A DNA stretch of 64,000 nucleotides. It comes from Heteronotia binoei (lineage: Eukaryota). The stretch spans positions 71,176,001-71,240,000 of the forward strand of contig NC_083236.1 in assembly GCF_032191835.1 (NCBI RefSeq), written 5' to 3'. The notes under the pieces were generated by a model that saw nothing but the letters and a program-made list of their open reading frames with translations, was not told where the DNA came from and did no database searches. The stretch's first letter is position 1; each line of letters starts with the position of its first letter. Positions 16,646 to 27,882 of the stretch are shown piece by piece. Both the position numbers and the translations under genes were made by a program.

Positions 16646-17497
16646 AGAAGATAATATGGGATTTATATCCTGCCCTCCACTCTGAATCTCAAGCGGCTCA
16701 CAGTCTCCTTTGCCTTCCTCCCCGCTACAACAGACACCCTGTGAGCTGGGTGGGGCTGAGAGAGCCAGTTTGGTGTAGTGGTTAAGTGCGCAGACTATTA
16801 TCTGGGAGAACCAGGTTTGATTCCCCACTCCTCCACTTGCAGCTGCTGGAATGGCCTTGGGTCAGCCAGAGCTCTTGCAGAACTGTCCTTGAAAGGGCAG
16901 CTGCTGTGAGAGCCCTGTCAGCCCCACCCACCTCACAGGGTGTCTGTTGTGGGGGAGGAAGGTAAAGGAGATTGTAAGCCACTCTGAGTTTCATAGTGGA
17001 GGGCAGGATATAAATCCAATATCATCATCAGCTCTTACAGCAGCTGCCCATTCAAGGACAACGTCTGCCAGAGTTATGGCTGACCCAAGGCCATTCCAGC
17101 AAGTGGAGGAGTGGAGAATCAAACTCGCTTCTCCCACATAAGAGTCTACATACATAACCACTACACTCAACTGGCTCTCTCAGCCCCACCCACCTCAAAG
17201 GGTGTCTGTTGTGGGGGGGGGGGGAGGTAAAGGAGACCGAGTTTCAGAGTGGAGGGCGGGATATAAATCCAATACCGCCATCAGCTCTTAAAGCAGCTGT
17301 TCTTTCAAGAGCAACTCCTACGAGAGCTCTGGCTGACCCAAGGCCATTCCAGCAGCTGCAAGTGGAGGAGTGGGGAATCAAACCCAGTTCTCCCAGATAA
17401 GAGAGCTCTGGCTGACCCAAGGCCAGTCCAGCAGCTGCAAGTGGAGGAGTGGGGAATCAAACCCGCTTCTCCCACATAAGAGTCTGTGCGCTTAATC
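16646..17497. mobile_element. Cluster of nested and inverted Squam3-like SINEs
   Basis: Minus 3' half 16646-16762, full plus copy 16764-17030, minus 5' half 17031-17176, plus 3' half 17177-17282, minus halves 17283-17497. Confidence 0.85.
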
Positions 17498-20400
17498 AGG
17501 ACACCAAGCTGGGATCTCCTGGTGGCTAAAGGGTATTTCCCAATCCCCCAAATACAGAAAAGACTCGGAAGTTGAACCCAGAATGGCCCAGTGGGATTGC
17601 TGGTAGGGCTCCTGATGTGATGTGTGAATTTGATTAACAACTGCTGCAATGGAGTAGCTGAAGAGTTTGGCAAGTGGGCACCCGGTTTCTTCCTTGCCAC
17701 ACATCTACTGAGGAGGAGAGGAGGGGAGGCAGCGTGGCAACCAGGCTTTTCCTGCCTCCAAGGACAAATTTAATGCTGTGGGTAGGCGGGTGCTGTTTCC
17801 CATCTCTCTCCGGTCCCTGCTCAGCATGGGGCCTTCCGGTGCTTCTCCCACAGACAGCCCCTCAGTGCTGTTCCCCGTGGCTGCACCACTTTGGATGGAG
17901 GGGTGCTGCAGCTGCTGGGCTTTTGAAAGGCATTCCAGGGGCTCTTCCAGGAAGGGACGCCTCTGGCACCAAGCCTTCATGTCGCCCGCTTTTTGGCTTT
18001 CTGCTGACAGGGCTGGCATGCTAATCTAGTCCGCTTATTTCCCCTGGGGGGACAGGATATCTTCCGTGGAATCAGATATTTGGTGCAAAGATTGGGTTCC
18101 TGCTAATCCCAACCTTCAGCCTGACAGGAGGTGGGTGGGGGGAGAAAGTTTCTAAACTTCCCCTTTCCCTGCAAGGCTAGTGCCCCCCCCCCCCATTTTG
18201 AAAGAGCTCTAGAGAGCCATGTGGCCCTTGGTCTTCTGCCTGGGCTCTCATTCCTCGTGGCAGAAACAGAATTCCAAAGTCAAAGATTGGTGGTTCCAAC
18301 TAAGGTACGCAGATGAAACATTTGGGACATTAATGTTGGTGTAATTTTATAGGTGTGCGAGCTTTAAGTTCTTAGTGCTGAATGTGCTCAGGATTTTTTT
18401 ATGCTCCAGATTTAGGGCTTTTGCGCTTTCCAAGGAATGCAACTTACAGCTGTCTTGGAGTTCACTACTTGTGTCCCATGGCACGTTGACTGCAGCTTCC
18501 CTGCATTTGTTTCTTTCCTTCTCCAGTCACATTTTCAGATTGTGTCTGTGGAGGGAGGGGAAGAGAAATCCATGGGCTGGTCCTGTGCAATTCAAAGGGG
18601 TGGTGTGCCCCCCCCAAGTTTCTGTACTTCTGTCCCCCCTCCCCCATTTGGAAGTGCCCTCCAGTATGGCAGGTCTGAGCTGGGAGCAACTCCCATGGAG
18701 TGAAAAAAGCCCTGCTGTGGGCTGCTGCAGACAGAGGGCGTCATTCCTCCATTTTGCTGCTCAACCCAAGAGGCTGCAACTGGCAGCTACAATTAGACAC
18801 TCTTTGAACACACACACAATTGGGCAACTTCCCTCCACTGCATTTCTCTTGCTTTAAAAAACCCAACACCAGCAACCAAATAACCTCAGGCATTCTAGAA
18901 AGTCCGCAGTTCTGTAGGTGGCACAAATTGTGCACAATTGGTGGGTTTGCATTTTTTGCTTAAAATACGGAATTGGGAGAGAAGCTGTCGGGGAGGAGGA
19001 GGGGGAGGACTGGGACGTGTTCAAATTCAAATTGCCATCTGGGAGCTGTGACAGAAACCCTGCCCCGCCACCCCACCTCAGGATTCCATCAGTGGCACAC
19101 GTGTTGCAGTCTGGTATCCTGTACCTTATTTTCCTGCCTCTTCTTGAGGGTCTAGCAAGCTGAAGATTCTTTGAGATCAAAGGTCTGAGCGATTGACTTG
19201 ACCACCACTTTCCCCCTCTTTAGGTGAAAGCTGTCAATATCACATCTTTTGATCCTGCCCACATCCTGAAATTTCTCAGAAGAGGCCCAGGATAGGACAG
19301 CCAGAGGGCAGCCTGGTTTGAGCCAAGTCAGGCCACAGCCCATCCTACTAGCTCAGGATCATTCCTCCAGAGGCTGTGCTCCCCGCTCCCACCCCTCCGT
19401 TGCTAGCAGGGGCAGAAATGACTCCAAGAAAGAAGGCTCCCTCCACCTAAACGCAGCCAGAGCCATCCAGTCAACCTTCTCCTACCTCAGGGAATGCCTG
19501 CACAAGCTGGAAAGTTCAGATGTCCCTTCTCCCATAGAATCTCTTAGCAAAAGTTGGTTTCTTTTGAGAGCCTGCAGCTCAGGCCAGTGGTACTCAGACC
19601 TTAGGCTGCCAGGCAGGGGGAAATGGCCAGAGCTGCTCTGTGCCCTGCAGCCATCTGGACAAATCCCACTGGTCATTTTGAAGGCAGGTCCCTCTCCCAC
19701 CAGACTGAATGGTGCACACTCGAGAAGCTGCGTGTATGCATGGGCACATGCATGCCAGAGCAGGTGCATTTGACAGCTCTTGTAGCCAGCCCGCCTGCCC
19801 GCCCCCCAGCACTGTGACACAAGGTGGGACTCCCACCCGCATTCCTTTTCCCGGCTGCACTTCCTTCCCCCTCGCAACCGCCTGGAAATGCTGCTTTTGC
19901 TGCTGCTTCCTCTGCAGCCTGTGCTGGTCCCAGGCACGAGAAGGGCGGGGCTGAAGCCCGGGGACCAGAACTCCCTCTTTCTTCTACACTGAGCCATTCA
20001 GGTTTCTCTTATTTAAGACAGGATTTGTAGGGATTTTTGTACTCTTCAGCAATGACATTGAAATGGTTTGTAAACGTATTTATTTTTTACCTTTTCACAT
20101 TTTTTGAAAATGTCAAAGCTTGTTTTTTTACTCTGAGTTTGTTACAATAAAAAAATACCTTGTCAGGCCAGCTGTGTTTGAGTCCTTTGAAGCACCTCCC
20201 CTATCCAGAACAGAGAGCAGCCAGGGCTGTTGGGAAGAAGATGAAGGGTGAAGAAGATGCCAACAGGAGTTCGGGGGGAGAGGAGAGAAGCTGTGCTGCC
20301 AGCTGGTTCCCTCCTTGCCAAAGACAGCACAGAGCAATGGACTCCAGCATCCTCCTGCATTTCTCATGAAAGGAGCAGGAAAGCAGGACAAATAGAGCTG

Positions 20401-20770
20401 TCTTAGCCCAGTCCAAGCCAAGAGAATCGGTTCCCCAGCAGTTCCTTGGGATGCTTCAGAGGTTTAGGCCCTGCTTGGTGGCCACATGAGGCCCTAAGAG
20501 GATGGCCTCTAGATAACAGGCCGGGTGCAACTTTGTCAAGACAAGAATTGTCTCCACTTTGCCAAAGAGGCAGTCAAACGCAGGCAAACAATCTGCAGTG
20601 TTAAGGCTCCAGAGCGGGTCCTCTGGCCGCCAGTCTCTTCAAGCCAAGTGCCTCAGGGTGCTGGAGGCTCTGTCCTGGGGAGCCTAATCTCTGGGTGAGA
20701 GGAGCCATCATGGGGGGGGGGGGGCTGTGAGGGCAGGGATTCTCTTGGACAGCACGGCAGGGCAGCCTCC

Positions 20771-20980
20771 TCAGGCCTTCTTGGGCAGGTTGGTGATGAT
20801 GGGCTTTGGGCGGGTCTTGAAGAGCAGTTTCTTCTTGATGAGGGCCACGGCTGAGTAATGGCTGGAGGCAGGGGGAGCCTCACTTGCAGCGCCTGCCTTG
20901 GTCAGGACAGCCAAAGGTTTCTCCAGCCGCACCACCTTCCCATAGAGGATATGGTGGCCCACCAGCAGCACTGGGGTGCC
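20771..20980 (-). CDS. CHTF8: CHTF8 last coding exon
   Basis: [15 protein letters not shown]...PKKA*. Confidence 0.95.
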   Translation of the reverse strand, partial: GTPVLLVGHHILYGKVVRLEKPLAVLTKAGAASEAPPASSHYSAVALIKKKLLFKTRPKPIITNLPKKA

Positions 20981-23900
20981 CTGCAAGGAAAGAGGCAGGG
21001 TGGAGAAGAAGAGATTGGATTTATACCCCACCCTTCAGTACCCAAAGGAGTCTCAGAGCGGCTTACAATCTCCTTTCCCTTCCTTTCCCCACAAGAGACA
21101 CCCTATGAGGCAAGTGGGGCTGAGAGAGCTCTGACAGAACTGCTCTTGAGCAGAACAGCTCTGAGAGAACTTGTGACTGACCCAGGACTGCCCAGCAGCT
21201 GTAGGTGGAGGAGGAGTGTGGAATCGAATCCAGTCATCCCAGATGAGAGTCCACCCAACTGGGTGTGGAGGCCCAGGGCTGGCTGGCCGAGCCCTCATGC
21301 CCAGTGAAGGCTGGGTGGTGGCGGAGGAGGACAGGCTGCTGGGAAGGGTGGGCTCACCTGGCGGGTGAAGTGGAGGTCCCCCAGCAGGCGTCCCGCCAGG
21401 CCGGCCCCGTTCCGGGCCTCCACCTCGCCCTGCAGCTCCAGCAGCAGCCACTCGGCCAGGTCTCCATCGCTCGCCCTGCAAGGCAAGGTAAGGCAAGGCA
21501 GGGTCAGGCCAGCGGGAAGACTTGCCCCCCACATGCCCTTTTTAAAAAAATAAAAATTATTTTATTTAGAATATATTTCTGATACATTAAAGCAATCAAG
21601 AGAATAGAGTAACCTGGAACAAATTAAAGCATACCACAGATACAACAAATAACAGATAACATTTTACAATTGGTAAATGTGGATAATAGTATAAATGCTT
21701 TTACAAAAAACAAACAAAGAATTTACATTAATAACTAGCTGATACATCAAAGATATAAGTAAGCACTAATTCCAACTGGAGATCACAAAAGGTAAGTAGA
21801 CCACAAATCTGTTCTAATAAATAGAACAAGAAAAATTATAACGTAATTAAGGATTGTGGTACAATTCCATTCTCTTCCATATAAGCTATCACAGGAAACC
21901 ATTTTACATCAAAAGAGCTTCGATCAGCACAATTTTGAGACATTTCCAATCTGCTAGTAATTTCTTCAAGCATCAAGAGATTCCAAACTTTTTTTGGGTG
22001 CCCAAGTGCCAGGTATGAGCTCTTTTCATCCTTCCATTTTGCAGCTAAAGCCATCTTTGCAGTTATTAGTAGGGTGGTGATAAGTTTTCTAGTTGCGCTT
22101 GGGATGTCCTCAACAGCCCAGAAATCTAGAAATATGATTTCTGGTTTTAGGGGGAATCTTATAACCAATTATGGTCTGAATTTCGTTTAGAACATCCAGA
22201 ACGTCTTAATTACTGGGCAGGTCAACACCACACCCTTCCCAGCCCGTGCACTTCACAAACAGCACATGAGACTGTGCTATATTGCACATCCATCTGTGTA
22301 CAATATAGGAAGTACTTCTTCACCCAAAGGGTGATTAACACATGGAATTCACTGCCACAGAAGGTGGTGGCAGCTACAGGCATAGCCAGCTTCAAGAGGG
22401 GATTCGATAAGCATCTGGAGCAGAGGTCCATCAGTGGCTATTAGCCGCAGGGTATTGTTGGAACGCTCTGTCTGGGGCAGTGATGCTCTGTATTCCGGGA
22501 GCTTGGAATACACTGATGGAACTCCTGATGGCACCTGGGTTTTTGCTCACTGTGTGACAGAGTGCTGGATTGGAGGGGCCACTGGCCTGATCCAACATGG
22601 CTTCTCTTATGTTCTTATGTCTGGAGCAGAGATGTTCTGTATTCTTGGTGCTGGGGGGGGGGGGGGGCTTCTAGCATCCTGGCCCTACTGATGGACCTCC
22701 TGATGGCACCTGGGTTTTGGCCAGTGTGTAACACAAAGTGTTGGACTGGAGGGGCCACTGGCCTGATCCAACATGGCTTCTCTGGTGTTCTTATGTCTGG
22801 GACAAGTGATGCTCTGTATTCTTGGTGCTTGGGAGGGCACAGTGGGAGGGCTTCTAGTGTCCTGGCCCCACTGATGGACCTCCTGATGGCGCCTTTTTTT
22901 TTGGCCACTGTGTGACACAGAGTGTTGGGCTGGATGGGCCACTGACCTGACCCAACATGGCTTCTCTTATGTCCTTATGTCTGGGGCAGGGATGCTCTGT
23001 ATTCTGGGTGCTTGGGGGGGGGGCAACAGTGGGAGGGGTTCTGGTGTCCTGGCCCCACCGATGGACCTCCTGATGGCACCTGGGTTTTGGCCCCTGTGTG
23101 ACCCAGAGTGTTGGACTGGATGGGCCATTGGCCTGATCCAACAGGGCTTCTCTTATGTTCTTCGGTGACACAGAGTGTTGGACTGGATGGGCCATTGGCC
23201 TGATCCAACAGGGCTTCTCTTATGTTCTTCTGTGACACAGAGTGTTGGACTGGAGGGGGCACTGGCCTGATCCAACAGGGCTTCTCTTATGTTCTTATGT
23301 GACACAGAGTGTTGGACTGGAGGGGCCACTGGCCTGATCCAACAGGGCTTCTCTTATGTTCTTATGTGACACAAAGTGTTGGACTGGAGGGGCCATTGGC
23401 CTGATCCAACAGGGCTTCTCTTATGTTCTTATGTGACACAGAGTGTTGGACTGGATGGGCCAGTGGCCTGATCCAACAGGGCTTCTCTTATGTTCTTATG
23501 TGACACAGAGTGTTGGACTGGAGGGGCCAACGGCCTGATCCAACAGGGCTTCTCTTATGTTCTTATGTGACACAGAGTGTTGGACTGGAGGGGGCACTGG
23601 CCTGATCCAACAGGGCTTCTCTTATGCTCTTATGTGACACAGAGTGTTGGACTGGAGGGGCCATTGGCCTGATCCAACATGGCTTCTCTTATGTTCTTAT
23701 GTGACACAGAGTGTTGGACTGGAGGGGCCACTGGCCTGATCCAACAGGGCTTCTCTTATGCTCTTATGTGACACAGAGTGTTGGACTGGATGGGCCAGTG
23801 GCCTGATCCAACAGGGCTTCTCTTATGTTCTTATGTGACACAGAGTGTTGGACTGGAGGGGCCAACGGCCTGATCCAGCAGGGCTTCTCTTATGTTCTTA

Positions 23901-26900
23901 TGTGACACAGAGTGTTGGCCTGGAGGGGCCACTGGCCTGATCTAACAGGGCTTCTCTTATGTTCTTCTGTGACACAGAGTGTTGGACTGGAGGGGCCACT
24001 GGCCTGATCTAACAGGGCTTCTCTTATGTTCTTATGTGACACAGAGTGTTGGACTGGAAGGGCCACTGGCCTGATCCAACAGGGCTTCTCTTATGTTCTT
24101 ATGTGACACAGAGTGTTGGACTGGAGGGGCCATTGGCCTGATCCAACAGGGCTTCTCTTATGTTCTTCTGTGACACAGAGTGTTGGACTGGAGGGGCCAC
24201 TGGCCTGATCTAACAGGGCTTCTCTTATGTTCTTCTGTGACACAGAGTGTTGGACTGGAGGGGCCACTGGCCTGATCTAACAGGGCTTCTCTTATGTTCT
24301 TATGTGACACAGAGTGTTGGACTGGAAGGGCCACTGGCCTGATCCAACAGGGCTTCTCTTATGTTCTTATGTGACACAGAGTGTTGGACTGGAGGGGCCA
24401 TTGGCCTGATCCAACAGGGCTTCTCTTATGTTCTTCTGTGACACAGAGTGTTGGACTGGAGGGGCCACTGGCCTGATCTAACAGGGCTTCTCTTATGTTC
24501 TTCTGTGACACAGAGTGTTGGACTGGAGGGGCCACTGGCCTGATCTAACAGGGCTTCTCTTATGTTCTTATGTGACACAGAGTGTTGGACTGGAAGGGCC
24601 ACTGGCCTGATCCAACAGGGCTTCTCTTATGTTCTTATGTGACACAGAGTGTTGGACTGGAGGGGCCATTGGCCTGATCCAACAGGGCTTCTCTTATGTT
24701 CTTATGTGACACAGAGTGTTGGCCTGGAGGGGCCACTGGCCTGATCTAACAGGGCTTCTCTTATGTTCTTCTGTGACACAGAGTGTTGGACTGGAGGGGC
24801 CACTGGCCTGATCTAACAGGGCTTCTCTTATGTTCTTATGTGACACAGAGTGTTGGACTGGAAGGGCCACTGGCCTGATCCAACAGGGCTTCTCTTATGT
24901 TCTTATGTGACACAGAGTGTTGGACTGGAGGGGCCATTGGCCTGATCCAACAGGGCTTCTCTTATGTTCTTCTGTGACACAGAGTGTTGGACTGGAGGGG
25001 CCACTGGCCTGATCTAACAGGGCTTCTCTTATGTTCTTCTGTGACACAGAGTGTTGGACTGGAGGGGCCACTGGCCTGATCTAACAGGGCTTCTCTTATG
25101 TTCTTCTGTGACACAGAGTGTTGGACTGGAGGGGCCACTGGCCTGATCCAACAGGGCTTCTCTTATGTTCTTATGTGACACAGAGTGTTGGACTGGAAGG
25201 GCCACTGGCCTGATCCAACAGGGCTTCTCTTATGTTCTTATGTGACACAGAGTGTTGGACTGGAGGGGCCATTGGCCTGATCCAACAGGGCTTCTCTTAT
25301 GTTCTTCTGTGACACAGAGTGTTGGACTGGAGGGGCCACTGGCCTGATCTAACAGGGCTTCTCTTATGTTCTTCTGTGACACAGAGTGTTGGACTGGAGG
25401 GGCCACTGGCCTGATCTAACAGGGCTTCTCTTATGTTCTTATGTGACACAGAGTGTTGGACTGGAAGGGCCACTGGCCTGATCCAACAGGGCTTCTCTTA
25501 TGTTCTTATGTGACACAGAGTGTTGGACTGGAGGGGCCATTGGCCTGATCCAACAGGGCTTCTCTTATGTTCTTATGTGACACAGAGTGTTGGCCTGGAG
25601 GGGCCACTGGCCTGATCTAACAGGGCTTCTCTTATGTTCTTCTGTGACACAGAGTGTTGGACTGGAGGGGCCACTGGCCTGATCTAACAGGGCTTCTCTT
25701 ATGTTCTTATGTGACACAGAGTGTTGGACTGGAAGGGCCACTGGCCTGATCCAACAGGGCTTCTCTTATGTTCTTATGTGACACAGAGTGTTGGACTGGA
25801 GGGGCCATTGGCCTGATCCAACAGGGCTTCTCTTATGTTCTTCTGTGACACAGAGTGTTGGACTGGAGGGGCCACTGGCCTGATCTAACAGGGCTTCTCT
25901 TATGTTCTTCTGTGACACAGAGTGTTGGACTGGAGGGGCCACTGGCCTGATCTAACAGGGCTTCTCTTATGTTCTTATGTGACACAGAGTGTTGGACTGG
26001 AGGGGCCACTGGCCTGATCCAACAGGGCTTCTCTTATGTTCTTATGTGACACAGAGTGTTGGACTGGATGGGCCACTGGCCTGATCCAACAGGGCTTCTC
26101 TTATGTTCTTCTGTGACACAGAGTGTTGGACTGGAGGGGCCACTGGCCTGATCCAACAGGGCTTCTCTTATGTTCTTATGTGACACAGAGTGTTGGACTG
26201 GATGGGCCACTGGCCTGATCCAACAGGGCTTCTCTTATGTTCTTCTGTGACACAGAGTGTTGGACTGGAGGGGCCACTGGCCTGATCCAACAGGGCTTCT
26301 CTTATGTTCTTATGTGACACAGAGTGTTGGACTGGAGGGGCCACTGGCCTGATCTAACAGGGCTTCTCTTATGTTCTTATGTGACACAGAGTGTTGGACT
26401 GGAGGGGCCACTGGCCTGATCCAACAGGGCTTCTCTTATGTTCTTATGTGACCCAGAGTGTTGGACTGGAGGGGCCATTGGCCTGATCCAACATGGCTTC
26501 TCTTATGTGACACAGAGTGTTGGACTGGATGGGCCATTGGCCTGATCCAACATGGCTTTTCTTATGTTCTTATGTGACACAGAGTGTTGGACTGGAGGGG
26601 CCATTGGCCTGATCCAACAGGGCTTCTCTGATGTTGTTATGTCTGGGGCAGGGATGCTCTGTCTTCTTGGTGCTTGTGGGGGGGCAAAGTGGGAGGGCTT
26701 CTGGAGTTCTAGCCCCACCGATGGCCCTCCTGATGGCACCCGGGTTTTGGCCCCTGTGTGACCCAGAGTGTGGGACGGGAGGGGCCACTGTCCTGATTTA
26801 ACATGTCTGGGCAAGTGATGCCACCGACGTGGCCCAGCGTGGCTTCTGGCTTAGTCGGTCCAGCCCCCTCCCTTCCCGGCCTCTCACCTGCAGAGCCGCA

Positions 26901-26910
26901 GCTGCACCAT
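20771..26910 (-). CDS. CHTF8: Chromosome transmission fidelity factor 8, 116 aa: complement(join(20771..20980,21358..21475,26888..26910))
   Basis: [29 protein letters not shown]...LLGDLHF...[21 protein letters not shown]...[11 protein letters not shown]; exons of 23, 118 and 210 nt with GT-AG. Confidence 0.95.
21003..21260 (-). mobile_element. Squam3-like SINE in CHTF8 intron 2 (sense to host)
   Basis: Reverse complement of the SINE core, B box and tail. Confidence 0.85.
21358..21475 (-). CDS. CHTF8: CHTF8 coding exon 2
   Basis: 118 nt; [14 protein letters not shown]. Confidence 0.95.
21550..22210 (-). mobile_element. L1-clade LINE ORF2 3' fragment
   Basis: AT-rich; [18 protein letters not shown] motif typical of the L1 ORF2 C-terminus. 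Confidence 0.7.
22310..23097 (+). mobile_element. CR1 family A 3' end followed by about four tandem ~180-bp 3' UTR units
   Basis: ORF2 end (YFFTQRVI...SISGY*), then repeated gatgctctgtattc...ttctcttatg units. Confidence 0.85.
23098..26640 (+). repeat. Tandem array of about 53 x 67 bp derived from the CR1 3' terminus
   Basis: Unit gtgacacagagtgttggactggaggggccactggcctgatccaacagggcttctcttatgttcttat; period 67 (e.g. 23299, 23366). Confidence 0.97.
26888..26910 (-). CDS. CHTF8: CHTF8 first coding exon
   Basis: ATG GTG CAG CTG CGG CTC TGC AG|gtgaga; 23 nt. Confidence 0.88.
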
Positions 26911-27250
26911 GGCCACGGAGGAGGAGGAGAAAGCCGGGCCGCCGGAACCTCCCGTGAGCCCGCCGAGTGACACCCGAACTTCCCGCCACTCCGCTGCCAC
27001 CACTTCCGCCCCTCCCGGAAGTCCCGCCCCCTGGCTTCCGCTTCCGGGGCAGGCGGCGGGCGCACGTGTGAGAGTCCGAGCCCGAGGTGGGGGCGCTTCT
27101 GCTTCGCGGCGGCCAGGGCAGGGGCGGGGGCCACCTCCCGGCGGGAGCTCCCGGGGGGAGGGGCTGCTCTTGCTGGGCCGAGGAGAGTCCGGGTGGCTCC
27201 GCGGGGGGTCCCGCAAGGGGAGCGAAGCGGGGGGAAGGGGCAGTGGCGGA
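26911..27250. promoter_or_regulatory. CHTF8/UTP4 bidirectional CpG-island promoter
   Basis: ETS/GABP-type CCGGAAGT at 27015-27022, further CTTCCG motifs, GC boxes, E-box CACGTG at 27063-27068; probable UTP4 non-coding exon donor GT at 27087. Confidence 0.78.
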
Positions 27251-27405
27251 CTGGGTCTAAAAATACTGGAGATAAAGAACTGCTGTTATATTTTCAAGCT
27301 ATGAAAAGGTCATCAACATTTCGAACATATTTTTAAGGGGGGGCACTTCATCGGGGACCCTGGCGGGGGAGCCCTTCCCGCGGGGCCCTGACGAAGATGC
27401 CCCCT

Positions 27406-27680
27406 CCGGTTTGGTGTAGTGGTGAAGAGTGCGGACTCGTTGTCTGGAGGAACCGGGTTTGATCCCCCACTCCTCCACGTGCACCTGCTGGAATGGCCTT
27501 GGGTTAGCCATAGTTTTTTCAAGTGTTGTCCTTGAAAGGGCAGCTGGTGTGAGAGCTCTCTCAGCCCCACCTCCCTCACAAGGTGTCTGTTGTGGGGGGG
27601 GGGGAGATAGAGATTGTGAGCCGCTCTGAGACGCTGAGATTCAGAGTGAGGGGTGGGGCATAAATCCAATATTTTCTTCT
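27406..27680 (+). mobile_element. Squam3-like SINE just upstream of the first UTP4 coding exon
   Basis: A box tggtgtagtgg, B box ggtttgatccc, core and tail. Confidence 0.88.
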
Positions 27681-27726
27681 CCTCCTCTCTCTCACACTTC
27701 CTCGCAGGGCTGCTGCTGCTGTCGCC

Positions 27727-27882
27727 ATGGGGGAGTTCCAGGTGCACCGTGTGCGGCTCTTTAACTTCCTGCCAGCCGGGATCCGCTGCCTAGCTGCTCA
27801 CTCCTCCAGCTGCCTGGCCGTCGGCCACATCGATGGCTCTGTTGAGATATACAATCTGCAAGCAAACAGCTTCCAGGAAAAG
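27727..27882 (+). CDS. UTP4: UTP4 coding exon 1
   Basis: MGEFQVHRV...FQEK|gtacc. Confidence 0.93.

Noticed and set aside
20653-20883. 76-aa Pro-rich minus ORF as a possible DERPC remnant
   Set aside because: Non-ATG start, short, and lacks the repetitive GP/NP/FPR pattern recalled for DERPC.
23098-26640. CRISPR-like appearance of the regular 67-bp repeats (also 35221-36868 and 44866-45775)
   Set aside because: No unique spacers, no cas genes, vertebrate context; the unit matches the CR1 3' end seen elsewhere in the window.
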